Source of the DNA: a virus
IMG/VR virus record: IMGVR_UViG_3300025141_000031
Length of the DNA stretch: 64,000 bases
Direction: 5' to 3' (one strand)
Shown here: piece after piece, positions 11,091-20,476 of the stretch
Layout: every line of letters starts with the position of its first letter
Position numbering within the stretch: the stretch's first letter is position 1
Notes under the pieces: generated by a model
Database searches by the model: none
Told to the model about the DNA's origin: nothing
The model's input: the letters and a program-made list of their open reading frames with translations, nothing else
Program-made: the position numbers and the translations under genes

Positions 11091-12275
11091 TTATTCGAAA
11101 AATTGATTAAATACTTCATTGTTTACTAAATCTCTTGTACTACCACCAAACTTATCATATAATTGTCTATTCTTGTTATAGATATGAATTGCCTTGTCTG
11201 GGTCTTGGAACATTTCTTCCATGCTCATTAGTATTGCATAGAAATCCCTTGGAACTACTGTTTGTAATAATTCATTATGACATTTTACTATTTCCTCTAC
11301 TTGTCTAACAGTTTCGTTAAATACAAATAAATTATTTAATGTCATCTTCATTGTTACATCTCCTTTATAATTTGATACCTCACCAAAAGTCATTCCTTCA
11401 CAAACTGGATGTCCTAATGGATTAGGAACTAAATCATCTGCATTATACGGAAGATTTTCTCCTTTTGGAAAATATAAATCAGTAAAAGTCATTTTACTTA
11501 ATTGAGGAGAATGTAAATGAGTTCCATATACAGGATATAAACCTGGAGAACTTGAATCTGTTGATATTTGTATTCTACCTCCATGATATTTGTTTACCAT
11601 CTTTTGAAAAAAGCTTAATAAAAAGAAATCTGATATCTTTGATATACCTAATACATGTATAAATTGGTTTCTTGCTTTTTCAAATTCTCTATTCTTTATC
11701 ATTGGGACTAATGCCGACATGAACATAGTAACTCTCTTCTGAGCTCCTCCTATACACCATCCATTAAATTCAAAGTCTTTCATTTTTTGATACCATGTTT
11801 CATATTCTTCCACATTATTACCTTGAATAACATTTAAGAATTTACATTTACCAGATTGATTATCTGCAAAATACTTAAAGTTATCATAACTAATATCCAT
11901 ACATTCATGAAACTTTCCATCATATTTTGCTCTAGGTGGTATATCTAAATTAACTCCTAAATCACAATTTGCTTCTAACCAATCAAATATAGTTTTCTTA
12001 AATGATGGGTCCCATTTAATTGCTCCTGTAGCTAATTGAAACCCTCCGGAATCACCTAATACTAACACGTCATCATCTAATCCATATCTTTGTCTTGCAT
12101 CTGCCCATTTATAATGATGTCCTGCAGTAATTAGAAAATATGGATGTCTCCATCTTTCAGGAAAATCCTTATCATAAAATCTACAAGAGAGTCCTGGTTT
12201 AACTTCTTTGTTCTTTTTAAAATCTCCTGCACAACCTCCTGCAGATAATGATGGGTAATAAATTAAATCTTTCAT
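11091..12275 (-). CDS. dpdA: TGT-fold guanine transglycosylase, probably DNA-acting (DpdA-like)
   Basis: DSGGFQ, NLDIPP, VIQG, GWCIGG, HVLG, STDSSS TGT motifs; FolE, QueD and QueE nearby. Confidence 0.75.
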   Translation of the reverse strand: MKDLIYYPSLSAGGCAGDFKKNKEVKPGLSCRFYDKDFPERWRHPYFLITAGHHYKWADARQRYGLDDDVLVLGDSGGFQLATGAIKWDPSFKKTIFDWLEANCDLGVNLDIPPRAKYDGKFHECMDISYDNFKYFADNQSGKCKFLNVIQGNNVEEYETWYQKMKDFEFNGWCIGGAQKRVTMFMSALVPMIKNREFEKARNQFIHVLGISKISDFFLLSFFQKMVNKYHGGRIQISTDSSSPGLYPVYGTHLHSPQLSKMTFTDLYFPKGENLPYNADDLVPNPLGHPVCEGMTFGEVSNYKGDVTMKMTLNNLFVFNETVRQVEEIVKCHNELLQTVVPRDFYAILMSMEEMFQDPDKAIHIYNKNRQLYDKFGGSTRDLVNNEVFNQFFE

Positions 12276-12276
12276 A

Positions 12277-13440
12277 TTATTTTTCTTGTTCTAGTAATGA
12301 TTCACATAATTCTTTTTCATGCCAAATACATAATTCATTTTCATAATCATTGGCAATAATATAACCTTCCATTTGTCTTCCTAAATCTGATCTATCAACT
12401 ATATGCGGATGAACTTTAGGTGTTTCTAATGCATCTTCAATTGTTTCTAATGCATCCTGAACATCAAATGGTTTATACATTCTATCTGCATCTATAAATT
12501 CTGGAAAACTTCTAAAATATGGAAATACTATATCAGCACCAAATGCAGTTGATTCAATAACTGTCCAGGATACATAATCTTGTAATGCAGAATTAAATTG
12601 AATTTTACAAGTTGCTAATTCTGTATAATATTCTTCTTTTGTTAATCCCGTCATTAATTTAAATCTAGGTTGTTCATCAGCTAAATCTTCTAATGCATCT
12701 ACGACGCCTGGTAACATACTTTTGAATCCTTTTCCTGATGTAGTTACGTGCCATTCATAATCTGGGTGATTAGCTAAAAATGCTTCTGCAACTTTCATCA
12801 TAAAGAAAGGGTTCTTCTCTTTATCTAATCTAGATGAATATACAATTGTATTTTTCTTTGTATATTCTCCTGTTGGTAGTTTTTCTAATGTTGCTTGTTT
12901 ATGTATTGGTAATGAAACAACATGTATTGGAGCTTCAAATCCTGCCGCTCTTAATTGTTCTTTATGAATAGAACTTCCTACAAATATACCAGTTAATCTT
13001 TTATCTAAACCTAATTCATATGGTCTCATCCAATCCTTCATAGGATATGTAAAATCATATTCATCTACTGATTGTGCATGTAGCATTGTATATACCTTTA
13101 CGTTCTTATAGCCATATAGGTCTAATGCATACCAAATGGCTTCGACTCCTGGTGTCCAAAAGTCTTGCAAGAATATTATATCACCATCTTGGACTTTGTC
13201 ATCATACAGCATTTGTAAAAAGTTTTGGCATTGAGATAAACTATATTTTCCTCTGCCGATTGCATCTAATACTGCGCCAACTTTAATCTCACAATCTGGG
13301 TCAAAGTCTCCTTCTACATCAATAAAATTTAACTTGTCTTCATACCGTTCAAATGTTTTTGGCATCCATTCTTTACATAACTGATATGTATACCTTGCTT
13401 TTAATGGCTCTAGGCCAAAATAAAATAAATTTCTTTTCAT
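12277..13440 (-). CDS. GT-B-fold glycosyltransferase-like protein linked to the transglycosylase
   Basis: YSSRLDKEKNP, SALQDYVSWTVIES (divergent E-x7-E region), RSFPE. Confidence 0.7.
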   Translation of the reverse strand: MKRNLFYFGLEPLKARYTYQLCKEWMPKTFERYEDKLNFIDVEGDFDPDCEIKVGAVLDAIGRGKYSLSQCQNFLQMLYDDKVQDGDIIFLQDFWTPGVEAIWYALDLYGYKNVKVYTMLHAQSVDEYDFTYPMKDWMRPYELGLDKRLTGIFVGSSIHKEQLRAAGFEAPIHVVSLPIHKQATLEKLPTGEYTKKNTIVYSSRLDKEKNPFFMMKVAEAFLANHPDYEWHVTTSGKGFKSMLPGVVDALEDLADEQPRFKLMTGLTKEEYYTELATCKIQFNSALQDYVSWTVIESTAFGADIVFPYFRSFPEFIDADRMYKPFDVQDALETIEDALETPKVHPHIVDRSDLGRQMEGYIIANDYENELCIWHEKELCESLLEQEK

Positions 13441-13446
13441 AATTTT

Positions 13447-13866
13447 TTATTCTTTAATTCTATCAAATTTATAATCATCTGGATTAATCTCCATCATATT
13501 ACATTTCGTGATTTGATGTACTCTATACCAACCTGCATCTATAGATAATGTATCTGTCTTTTTAAGTTTTGATACATGAACATCTGGTATTCTATATATA
13601 ACATGAGCTCTATTGAAAATAGACATTGGAATCTTTTCCATTGTCTTTTCATTAGCTTCTATTGTGACATATTGTTTAGTTTCTAGGATATCATGTATTT
13701 CATCCCAATTACCATGAACACATGCCATTTCAATATATTCAATTGTAAAATAGATATGTGGATACTCTTTATAGTTTTTAGGTACTTGTCCTCTAACAAA
13801 TACCGTTTCTATATCAGATAACCTACCTTCTACTTCTTTTCCATACCAATAACTTTTTCCGTACAT
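13447..13866 (-). CDS. Hypothetical protein, first gene of the GT/transglycosylase/clamp operon
   Basis: 139 aa; GKEVEG and HIYF motifs; own promoter at 13883-13912. Confidence 0.65.
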   Translation of the reverse strand: MYGKSYWYGKEVEGRLSDIETVFVRGQVPKNYKEYPHIYFTIEYIEMACVHGNWDEIHDILETKQYVTIEANEKTMEKIPMSIFNRAHVIYRIPDVHVSKLKKTDTLSIDAGWYRVHQITKCNMMEINPDDYKFDRIKE

Positions 13867-13882
13867 ATTCTTATTTTAATTT

Positions 13883-13912
13883 AATATAATAAATCTTTTG
13901 CAAACAACCAAA
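13883..13912 (-). promoter_or_regulatory. Class I promoter
   Basis: TTTGGT-N18-TATATT. Confidence 0.75.
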
Positions 13913-13937
13913 TAATTTCATCTAAAAGTTAACTAAA

Positions 13938-14270
13938 CTATTTAGTTAATCCTTTTACTAAATCCTTATTCGGATTGATTGTTTCATCCAATTTATGGAC
14001 TTCAGACCAAACGTTATCAAAACGTCTATCTGTACTGCTTTCAACTTGAACTTGATATTCATCTATTCGTCTGTTAATAGAGTTATCACCTTCTTCTCGA
14101 TCATTAATTTCTGTGTCAATTTGTCTTTCGAATTGTCTTTCAAAATCAATGAGTTCCATTCTTAATAGCTCCAGATCATTGACCCTTCTGCTCAACCTTA
14201 TCACACCCGCGACCGCATACGCTAACGCACCCACTCCAAGTGTACTTAAAACTGTTAAAATTGTTTCCAT
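13938..14270 (-). CDS. Membrane-anchored coiled-coil protein
   Basis: N-terminal TM helix followed by a charged helical region. Confidence 0.6.
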   Translation of the reverse strand: METILTVLSTLGVGALAYAVAGVIRLSRRVNDLELLRMELIDFERQFERQIDTEINDREEGDNSINRRIDEYQVQVESSTDRRFDNVWSEVHKLDETINPNKDLVKGLTK

Positions 14271-14307
14271 ATTGTTTCTCTCTTATTTATCTAATTGATG
14301 GAATCAT

Positions 14308-16791
14308 TTAATTGAATGCAAAAAACTTTCCTAAATTATTATTTTCTGGGATTCTACCCCAATTCATTGCTCCATAAAAATCATTCAATTTGTTAGCAAA
14401 TGCAGATGTAAATACTTTATTATAATTTATATTATCCTGCACAAATTTTTCTATTGGAGTTGGATCTTCAAATCCTTTCATTGCTATTGTATCTAAGCCC
14501 ATATTATTAGGTATAAGATATGTCCATTTTATTTTTTCACCGTTAATGATCTCTCGAACATTTTTCACTTTATGATGTTTCAACATATCATTATAATTTA
14601 ATGCCGATTTAACATGTACTGGAGTTCCTTTCATTCTTACTGCAAACATGCCATCACCCTTTCTTTGCCATTTTTTAATATTCTTTACACCAATCGGAAA
14701 CATAATATCAATTAATGGTAATGTTTTCATATACTCTTTGAAGTTAAGAATTTTATCATCAAGTTCTTCTTTAGTAATATCATTCAAAATATCCTCTAAT
14801 ACTTCAGCCATAAATTTTCTAAAGGCTGGTGGAAATGAAGACCTAACAACATCTAATCCTTTAACATCTAATTTTGATACGGTATGTCCTTCAATATTAA
14901 TTATCCATTGTGCATACCTTTTCTTTGCTATCCATAAACCAGCCTTTGCAACATTTTCTTGTTTAATATCAAACTTATGAATATTTACATTATGAAATCT
15001 ATCAGCATATATATCATATGATCTATTAATAAAATCCTGTACTTCATCTGCTACTTCAATTGTTTTATCCGCCATCCATTTTTCATCTGTTATATCAAAC
15101 TTTGGATATCGGTGTTTTATAATTGGTAATGATGAAAAGAATGTCGAATCTGTATCAGTATAAATACAATAGTCTTTATTTTTACCTAATTCTTTTGTAT
15201 AAAATTTATTACCAATATCTGCTGTAAATTTAATTAATTGTTGTCCAGTACTTGTAATGGCTACTGCATTATCTGGGTCATTGAATCTAAAAGTTGGATT
15301 ACCTAAAACTCCATAAAATGAATTAAGAAGAATCTTTGTTACTAATTGTAATCTATCAAAATATTCTGCTTTGGCATCATCTCCTTCAGATTCATATTTC
15401 TTTCTTAAATTTTTATATTCAACTCTTTCTGCAAACCATTTTTCAAGTATAGATGATATAAAACCTTTTTGTTTAGTATCATATACAACTCCATTTGCTG
15501 CAATTGAATATTTATTTTCTGTTAAATATGATCTTAATTTTTCAGGCGATTCCCAACCGTCCTTATCCATTGAATATTCCATTGGAATATTTTTGATGTA
15601 TTTATGTCCATCAAAGTCTTCAATCTTACCTATTTTAGTTTCTGGAGAAACGTTAAGTGTCATAATGATACTAGGATATAAAGATGTTAAATCAAGATCG
15701 TATACCCATTTATATCTACCTGGATTAGGTGCTTTTACAAATGCTCCTAATAAATCTACATGTTTTATTTCATCATGCCTAGGTTTATTAGGTGCAACAA
15801 TTCCTAATCGTTTCATGTATGTTAATGCAGCTCCATCTAAATATCTAGTTGGAAATAAAAAGTCTTCATATGGAACATGTCCTTTATGACATATACCACG
15901 AGCTAAATCCATCAATTTCATTTTCTGGTCTATTTCATATACTAGATCAACATCATTCATATTATAATCAATATAACCTTGGATATCATTTTTCATCAAA
16001 TCATCCAACGTTCCTTCATATTTCATTTTACCTTTACCTAATTCTTTTTGAGATATAGCTTCTAATGAATAACTAGACTCTTCATTATAAGTAAAGTTTT
16101 TATATAATGCCATATAATCTAAACATGATACTCCAGATATTCTATATCTATTTCTATGTTTTAACCAAATAACATCTTTAATAGGAGATAATGTTCTTGC
16201 TTGAGATTCTCCTAATATATGACATATTCTATTATATAAGTAAGGAATATCAAAAAAGTCAATATTCCACCCCGTAATTAATGTAGGCATTATCTCATAA
16301 TATGTTACTAAAAATTTGGATAGTAATGTTGCTTCATCTGGACAAGATATTGTTTCGAAATTACCTTTTTTAGTTGAAGGAACTTGTCCTGCTTTATCTA
16401 ATATCCATACAAATTTTTGATCTCCTGCTTCATCATAAATTGCAATTGAAGTAACTTCATTTTGAGCCTCTTCTGGAGTAGGAAATCCATTTTCTATATC
16501 CACCTCAATATCAATAAATAAAGTTCTATGGCCTGTTGATATCTCATCTGAATCTGTATATTGATCTATTAAAGTTCTTATTTCAGGGTTAAGATCTGAT
16601 TCATATAATCCAGGAGCTTCTTGATCAGGATTCCATACTTTATCTACACGAGTTCCATCCAATGTTGTTAATGCACCAGAAGGATTCTTTGCGTATGCAT
16701 ATGGTTTATACTTTATCTTAAGGTGTCCCTTTACATCGTCCCATATATGGACTGTATTATTACGACGTTGATATGCTACTGCTTGATACAT
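14308..16791 (-). CDS. DNA polymerase family B (T4 gp43-like) with 3'-5' exonuclease
   Basis: FIDIEV, GWNIDFFD, DLTSLYPSII, KILLNSFYG, YTDTDS, KKRY. Confidence 0.97.
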   Translation of the reverse strand: MYQAVAYQRRNNTVHIWDDVKGHLKIKYKPYAYAKNPSGALTTLDGTRVDKVWNPDQEAPGLYESDLNPEIRTLIDQYTDSDEISTGHRTLFIDIEVDIENGFPTPEEAQNEVTSIAIYDEAGDQKFVWILDKAGQVPSTKKGNFETISCPDEATLLSKFLVTYYEIMPTLITGWNIDFFDIPYLYNRICHILGESQARTLSPIKDVIWLKHRNRYRISGVSCLDYMALYKNFTYNEESSYSLEAISQKELGKGKMKYEGTLDDLMKNDIQGYIDYNMNDVDLVYEIDQKMKLMDLARGICHKGHVPYEDFLFPTRYLDGAALTYMKRLGIVAPNKPRHDEIKHVDLLGAFVKAPNPGRYKWVYDLDLTSLYPSIIMTLNVSPETKIGKIEDFDGHKYIKNIPMEYSMDKDGWESPEKLRSYLTENKYSIAANGVVYDTKQKGFISSILEKWFAERVEYKNLRKKYESEGDDAKAEYFDRLQLVTKILLNSFYGVLGNPTFRFNDPDNAVAITSTGQQLIKFTADIGNKFYTKELGKNKDYCIYTDTDSTFFSSLPIIKHRYPKFDITDEKWMADKTIEVADEVQDFINRSYDIYADRFHNVNIHKFDIKQENVAKAGLWIAKKRYAQWIINIEGHTVSKLDVKGLDVVRSSFPPAFRKFMAEVLEDILNDITKEELDDKILNFKEYMKTLPLIDIMFPIGVKNIKKWQRKGDGMFAVRMKGTPVHVKSALNYNDMLKHHKVKNVREIINGEKIKWTYLIPNNMGLDTIAMKGFEDPTPIEKFVQDNINYNKVFTSAFANKLNDFYGAMNWGRIPENNNLGKFFAFN

Positions 16792-16997
16792 TAAACTAAT
16801 TCTTCTATTATTCCAACCATTTCACTTAATATAAGAAAAATAACTGACATTACCAAATTAAATGGCAACAATCCATATCCTAATATTCTAATTCCTGATT
16901 TAATAAAACTTATAATCTGATGCTTTCTTGCATCTGGTAATTGTTGTTTATTATCTTTGGTCCATTTATCCGTTTTTCCGTTATAAAATCCTTGCAT
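16791..16997 (-). CDS. Small membrane protein
   Basis: 68 aa with hydrophobic C-terminal half; TAATG coupling to polB. Confidence 0.6.
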   Translation of the reverse strand: MQGFYNGKTDKWTKDNKQQLPDARKHQIISFIKSGIRILGYGLLPFNLVMSVIFLILSEMVGIIEELV

Positions 16998-17000
16998 ATT

Positions 17001-17507
17001 CTAATTTATTTTGTAAATATTTCTATAATTTCTTTTTAGTCCGTTATCATCTAAACCATAACCTACTACCCATTCTTTATCTATTTCAAAACAAAAATGA
17101 TCTACTGGTGGACTATCTTCTTTTCTTTTTAATAAGGTAACTATTTTTACTGCTGCAGGCATCATATCATTAACTCTTAATAAAATTTCTAACATTGTTT
17201 TACCTGTATCAACTATATCATCAACAATATAAACGCTCCTGCCTTTACAATGTAACTCTAGATCTTTTGTAAATTTAACTCCGCCTGAATTATCTTTTCC
17301 TTCATATGATTTAGCTCTAATAAAATCTATTGATACATCTATACCCATATCTTTAACTAAATCTGTAAAGAACATGAATCCACCATTTAATACACATATC
17401 ATTACTGGTGGTAATGAATCTCCTGAAGATTTATGTTCTTCTGATATTTTATGTGCCATTGCTCTGACACGTCTTTCTATTTTATATTCTGGTATTAATA
17501 TTTTCAT
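17001..17507 (-). CDS. hpt: Hypoxanthine-guanine phosphoribosyltransferase
   Basis: CVLNGGFMF, VYIVDDIVDTGKT PRPP loop, WVVGYGLD..RN. Confidence 0.92.
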   Translation of the reverse strand: MKILIPEYKIERRVRAMAHKISEEHKSSGDSLPPVMICVLNGGFMFFTDLVKDMGIDVSIDFIRAKSYEGKDNSGGVKFTKDLELHCKGRSVYIVDDIVDTGKTMLEILLRVNDMMPAAVKIVTLLKRKEDSPPVDHFCFEIDKEWVVGYGLDDNGLKRNYRNIYKIN

Positions 17508-17593
17508 TTTTTGGTTTGTCCGTCACTAAATCCTGTTTTCCATCCATACCATAATAACCCTAAGAAAAATAATCCTGTAAATAATCCGTCCAT
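17504..17593 (-). CDS. 29 aa single-TM micropeptide
   Basis: MDGLFTGLFFLGLLWYGWKTGFSDGQTKK*; start overlaps the folE stop (TAATG) and stop overlaps the hpt start (ATGA). Confidence 0.6.
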   Translation of the reverse strand: MDGLFTGLFFLGLLWYGWKTGFSDGQTKK

Positions 17594-18249
17594 TAATATC
17601 CTTTTACAAATTCATAATACTCATTTCTTGTAGCAGGATCATCTTTAAATGCACCAGTTAATTTACTTGTCTTCATACTCGCACCACCATGTTTAACTCC
17701 TCTACATTGCACACAATTATGAGTTGCATCAATCATTACGGCTACACCGTTATTATCTTCGATGATAGTATCCATTGCATTATGAATTGCAACTGTTAAT
17801 TGTTCTTGTATAGCACCTCTTCTTGCAAAATGTTCTACTAATCTATTTAATTTAGATAAACCAATTACATGACTATCTTTTCCTGGAATATATGCAACAT
17901 GTACTTTACCCATAATGGTTTGATGATGGTGTGAACACATACTAGTTAATGGAATGCCACCTTCAAATACCATACCATCATATCCATCACTCGGAAAGGT
18001 TGTTATACTTGGTGGAGCTTCATATCTTCCAGACCATAAATCATTTACATATGCTTTTGCAACTCTATAAGGTGTTTTATTTGAATTTGGGTCATCTTTC
18101 CAATCCACTTTTAATGCATCTAAAAACTTTCCAAATGCAACACCTGCATCTATAATCATTTTTGATTTTTCATCTTCTGTTAAAGGTCTACCTTTTGCAA
18201 CACCATTTGCAAATCCTTCCTTTACTAATTCTAAATTTAATCTTTTCAT
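17593..18249 (-). CDS. folE: GTP cyclohydrolase I
   Basis: TPYRVAK, SMCSHH, GLSKLNR, IQEQLT, HNCVQCRG. Confidence 0.95.
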   Translation of the reverse strand: MKRLNLELVKEGFANGVAKGRPLTEDEKSKMIIDAGVAFGKFLDALKVDWKDDPNSNKTPYRVAKAYVNDLWSGRYEAPPSITTFPSDGYDGMVFEGGIPLTSMCSHHHQTIMGKVHVAYIPGKDSHVIGLSKLNRLVEHFARRGAIQEQLTVAIHNAMDTIIEDNNGVAVMIDATHNCVQCRGVKHGGASMKTSKLTGAFKDDPATRNEYYEFVKGY

Positions 18250-18545
18250 ATTGATTTCATAACTATTTCTGATTCTCTTACTAGAATATATCTTTTATCA
18301 TCTAATGTTACCTCATTACCATTTTTACCTGATAATAATCTATTAGGAACTAATACAGTATCATCTTCTTTGCATGACATTGCAATTCTATCTCCTGTTT
18401 GAGTATATATTCCTGGACCTACTGCAATAACTTTTGCATACCCATATTCGCTTTCTGAACTCTTTAAGATTAATCCTGATTTTGTTTTTTCTTGTCTTTC
18501 TTCTGCTTTTAATAAAAGCTGGTCACCCATTGGTTTCATTTTCAT
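18246..18545 (-). CDS. groES: Co-chaperonin GroES
   Basis: MKPMGDQLL, KTKSGLIL mobile loop, VIAVGPG, LVRESEIV. Confidence 0.92.
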   Translation of the reverse strand: MKMKPMGDQLLLKAEERQEKTKSGLILKSSESEYGYAKVIAVGPGIYTQTGDRIAMSCKEDDTVLVPNRLLSGKNGNEVTLDDKRYILVRESEIVMKSI

Positions 18546-18562
18546 AATTTTTCTTTTTTTTA

Positions 18563-19336
18563 TTATACCATTCGTTCTGTATCATATGCTATAATATGAT
18601 CTCTACCTGTCATATTATAACCATGTTTTGCTACCATTTCAAATACTTTAGGATACATTTCAAGTAATGTTTCTCTATTATCTCCTGCAGGCATTATATA
18701 TGTTTTATCTTTAGGAGCTCCTATCAATGTTCTAAAATTTTCTATTTCTTCAAGATTTTCTTCTGTTCCATCCCATACTGGTTTGTAATGATAATCTTTA
18801 TGAAACATTATCATTTGCTTCATTGCGTCAAGATTTAATCTTTTCTTATTATGAGTATCAATAAATCTTTGATCTACCACTCTCATTCCTGGAGTCATTA
18901 TTCCTAATTTTGGACAACTATTTGCAAATTTAGGACTTAAACTAATTAAATCAATTGGATAATCTGTTTCTACAAAATGACTACCTTCAGTTTCAATTGT
19001 AATAATAATTCCTCTTTTATGTGCAAAATGTGTTAACTCATTGACCAATGCTGGATGCATTGTTGGTGATCCGCCTGTTAACATCATTTCTTTAATTTGT
19101 GGGTTTTCATCATAAATGTTAATTACATCATTAAAGGTAAGCTTTCCTTTTTCTGGATGTATTGATGTATACCAACTGTCACACCAACCTCCTTCTCCAA
19201 ACCAACATCTATGAGTACATCCTGTTGTTCTAACACAAACAGTTGGCATTCCAATCCTACTTCCTTCTGATTGTACGCACCTGTATAATTCTAATACAGG
19301 TAATACTTTATTATAATCTTTTATTCTTTTATTCAC
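18563..19336 (-). CDS. queE: 7-carboxy-7-deazaguanine synthase (radical SAM)
   Basis: VQSEG, RTTGCTHRC..WCDS, LTGGSP, IETEG, SLSPK. Confidence 0.9.
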   Translation of the reverse strand: MNKRIKDYNKVLPVLELYRCVQSEGSRIGMPTVCVRTTGCTHRCWFGEGGWCDSWYTSIHPEKGKLTFNDVINIYDENPQIKEMMLTGGSPTMHPALVNELTHFAHKRGIIITIETEGSHFVETDYPIDLISLSPKFANSCPKLGIMTPGMRVVDQRFIDTHNKKRLNLDAMKQMIMFHKDYHYKPVWDGTEENLEEIENFRTLIGAPKDKTYIMPAGDNRETLLEMYPKVFEMVAKHGYNMTGRDHIIAYDTERMV

Positions 19337-19817
19337 TATATATTGATGAATTTCTATCGGCTTCCCAACATTCTACTTTTACTACTTTTACTCTACCTCC
19401 TCCTGTTAATGCCATTCGTTCATTAAATTTATCATAAACTAATTTAGCACAAGATTCAGCTCCCATTGCATCCATAATTCTTAAATCTAAAAGACCTAAC
19501 TCTTCCATCATCTTAAATGATTCTAATTGTGGATCATCTTTTTCTATTAAACATGTATGATCAAACATATAATTCATCCAATCTTTTAGGCCATTTCCTG
19601 GAGTTGGTTCTGCATCTGTAGATTTGAATCCACCATAGTCCATAATCCAATTCATTTCATCTAATTGTTTAGATTCCATTATTTCATTAGATTCAAACCA
19701 TACTTTAAACTTTAAAGCATATCCATGTAATAACTTACAATGTGAGTGTTGAGCTTTATGCTGTCTCAGTGCTACTGAATAATTATCGAATATTTTTGTT
19801 GATTGATACTTTGCCAT
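19329..19817 (-). CDS. queD: 6-carboxytetrahydropterin synthase
   Basis: HSHCKLLHGY, MDYG, FDH, GAES, ECWE. Confidence 0.9.
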   Translation of the reverse strand: MAKYQSTKIFDNYSVALRQHKAQHSHCKLLHGYALKFKVWFESNEIMESKQLDEMNWIMDYGGFKSTDAEPTPGNGLKDWMNYMFDHTCLIEKDDPQLESFKMMEELGLLDLRIMDAMGAESCAKLVYDKFNERMALTGGGRVKVVKVECWEADRNSSIYSE

Positions 19818-19839
19818 GTATAACTCCTTTTGTTTATTT

Positions 19840-19869
19840 AATATAAATAAAAATGTTCGTAAGTCCTAG
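19840..19869 (-). promoter_or_regulatory. Class I promoter (queD operon)
   Basis: CTAGGA-N18-TATATT. Confidence 0.7.
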
Positions 19870-19876
19870 TAAATTC

Positions 19877-20221
19877 TTAAGAATTATAACTAGGTGTATA
19901 ACTCCAAACAAACCAATACGTTCTTCCTTTTGGATGTCTATTTAATAAATGAGAACTCATATGACTTGTATGATAAAATTCTGATTCATATCTATTTCTA
20001 GCTTTTTCATCATTAAATAAAGCAAAATCGGATGCATGTGGATATGTTTGATCGAATGATCTACCAGTCTCTTTATAAGACTTTGCATTAATGGTATCAT
20101 AAATCATTGTAGATAGATATTCTTTATCAAACCATGATACACGATTCCAATCGAATCCTTTAACAATTTTTTCTACATCTTGTTTTGTCTTTTTGGTGTG
20201 CTTTGTAACTTTATAGTTCAT
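19877..20221 (-). CDS. Hypothetical protein
   Basis: ORF track 19877..20269; likely start is ATG 20221, just after the upstream stop. Confidence 0.55.
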   Translation of the reverse strand: MNYKVTKHTKKTKQDVEKIVKGFDWNRVSWFDKEYLSTMIYDTINAKSYKETGRSFDQTYPHASDFALFNDEKARNRYESEFYHTSHMSSHLLNRHPKGRTYWFVWSYTPSYNS

Positions 20222-20223
20222 AT

Positions 20224-20475
20224 TTAATTTTTTAATGTTTTTAACGTTTTTTCTAAATTTTGTATACAAATCTTTATATCCGTATTTGCCATTCCTACGA
20301 ATGCTTCATACGCACCACATCTTTTGGCCATTTGAGTTCCAGGATCGTCATCGACTTGTTCTTCTTTAATTCTATCAATATTATTAAACTCTAATCTGTT
20401 TTTAAGAAGTTTAACTTGATACTCTAGATCTAATTTTGCACCATAAATAGTATTGATTAATTGATTCTTTGTCAT
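20224..20475 (-). CDS. Hypothetical protein
   Basis: 83 aa, tightly packed in an early operon. Confidence 0.55.
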   Translation of the reverse strand: MTKNQLINTIYGAKLDLEYQVKLLKNRLEFNNIDRIKEEQVDDDPGTQMAKRCGAYEAFVGMANTDIKICIQNLEKTLKTLKN

Positions 20476-20476
20476 A

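Noticed and set aside
11091-12275. Canonical tRNA-guanine transglycosylase (tgt) for queuosine
   Set aside because: No C-terminal CxCxxC Zn site, it is embedded with clamp genes, and it has a clamp-binding-like tail. A DNA-acting enzyme is more likely.
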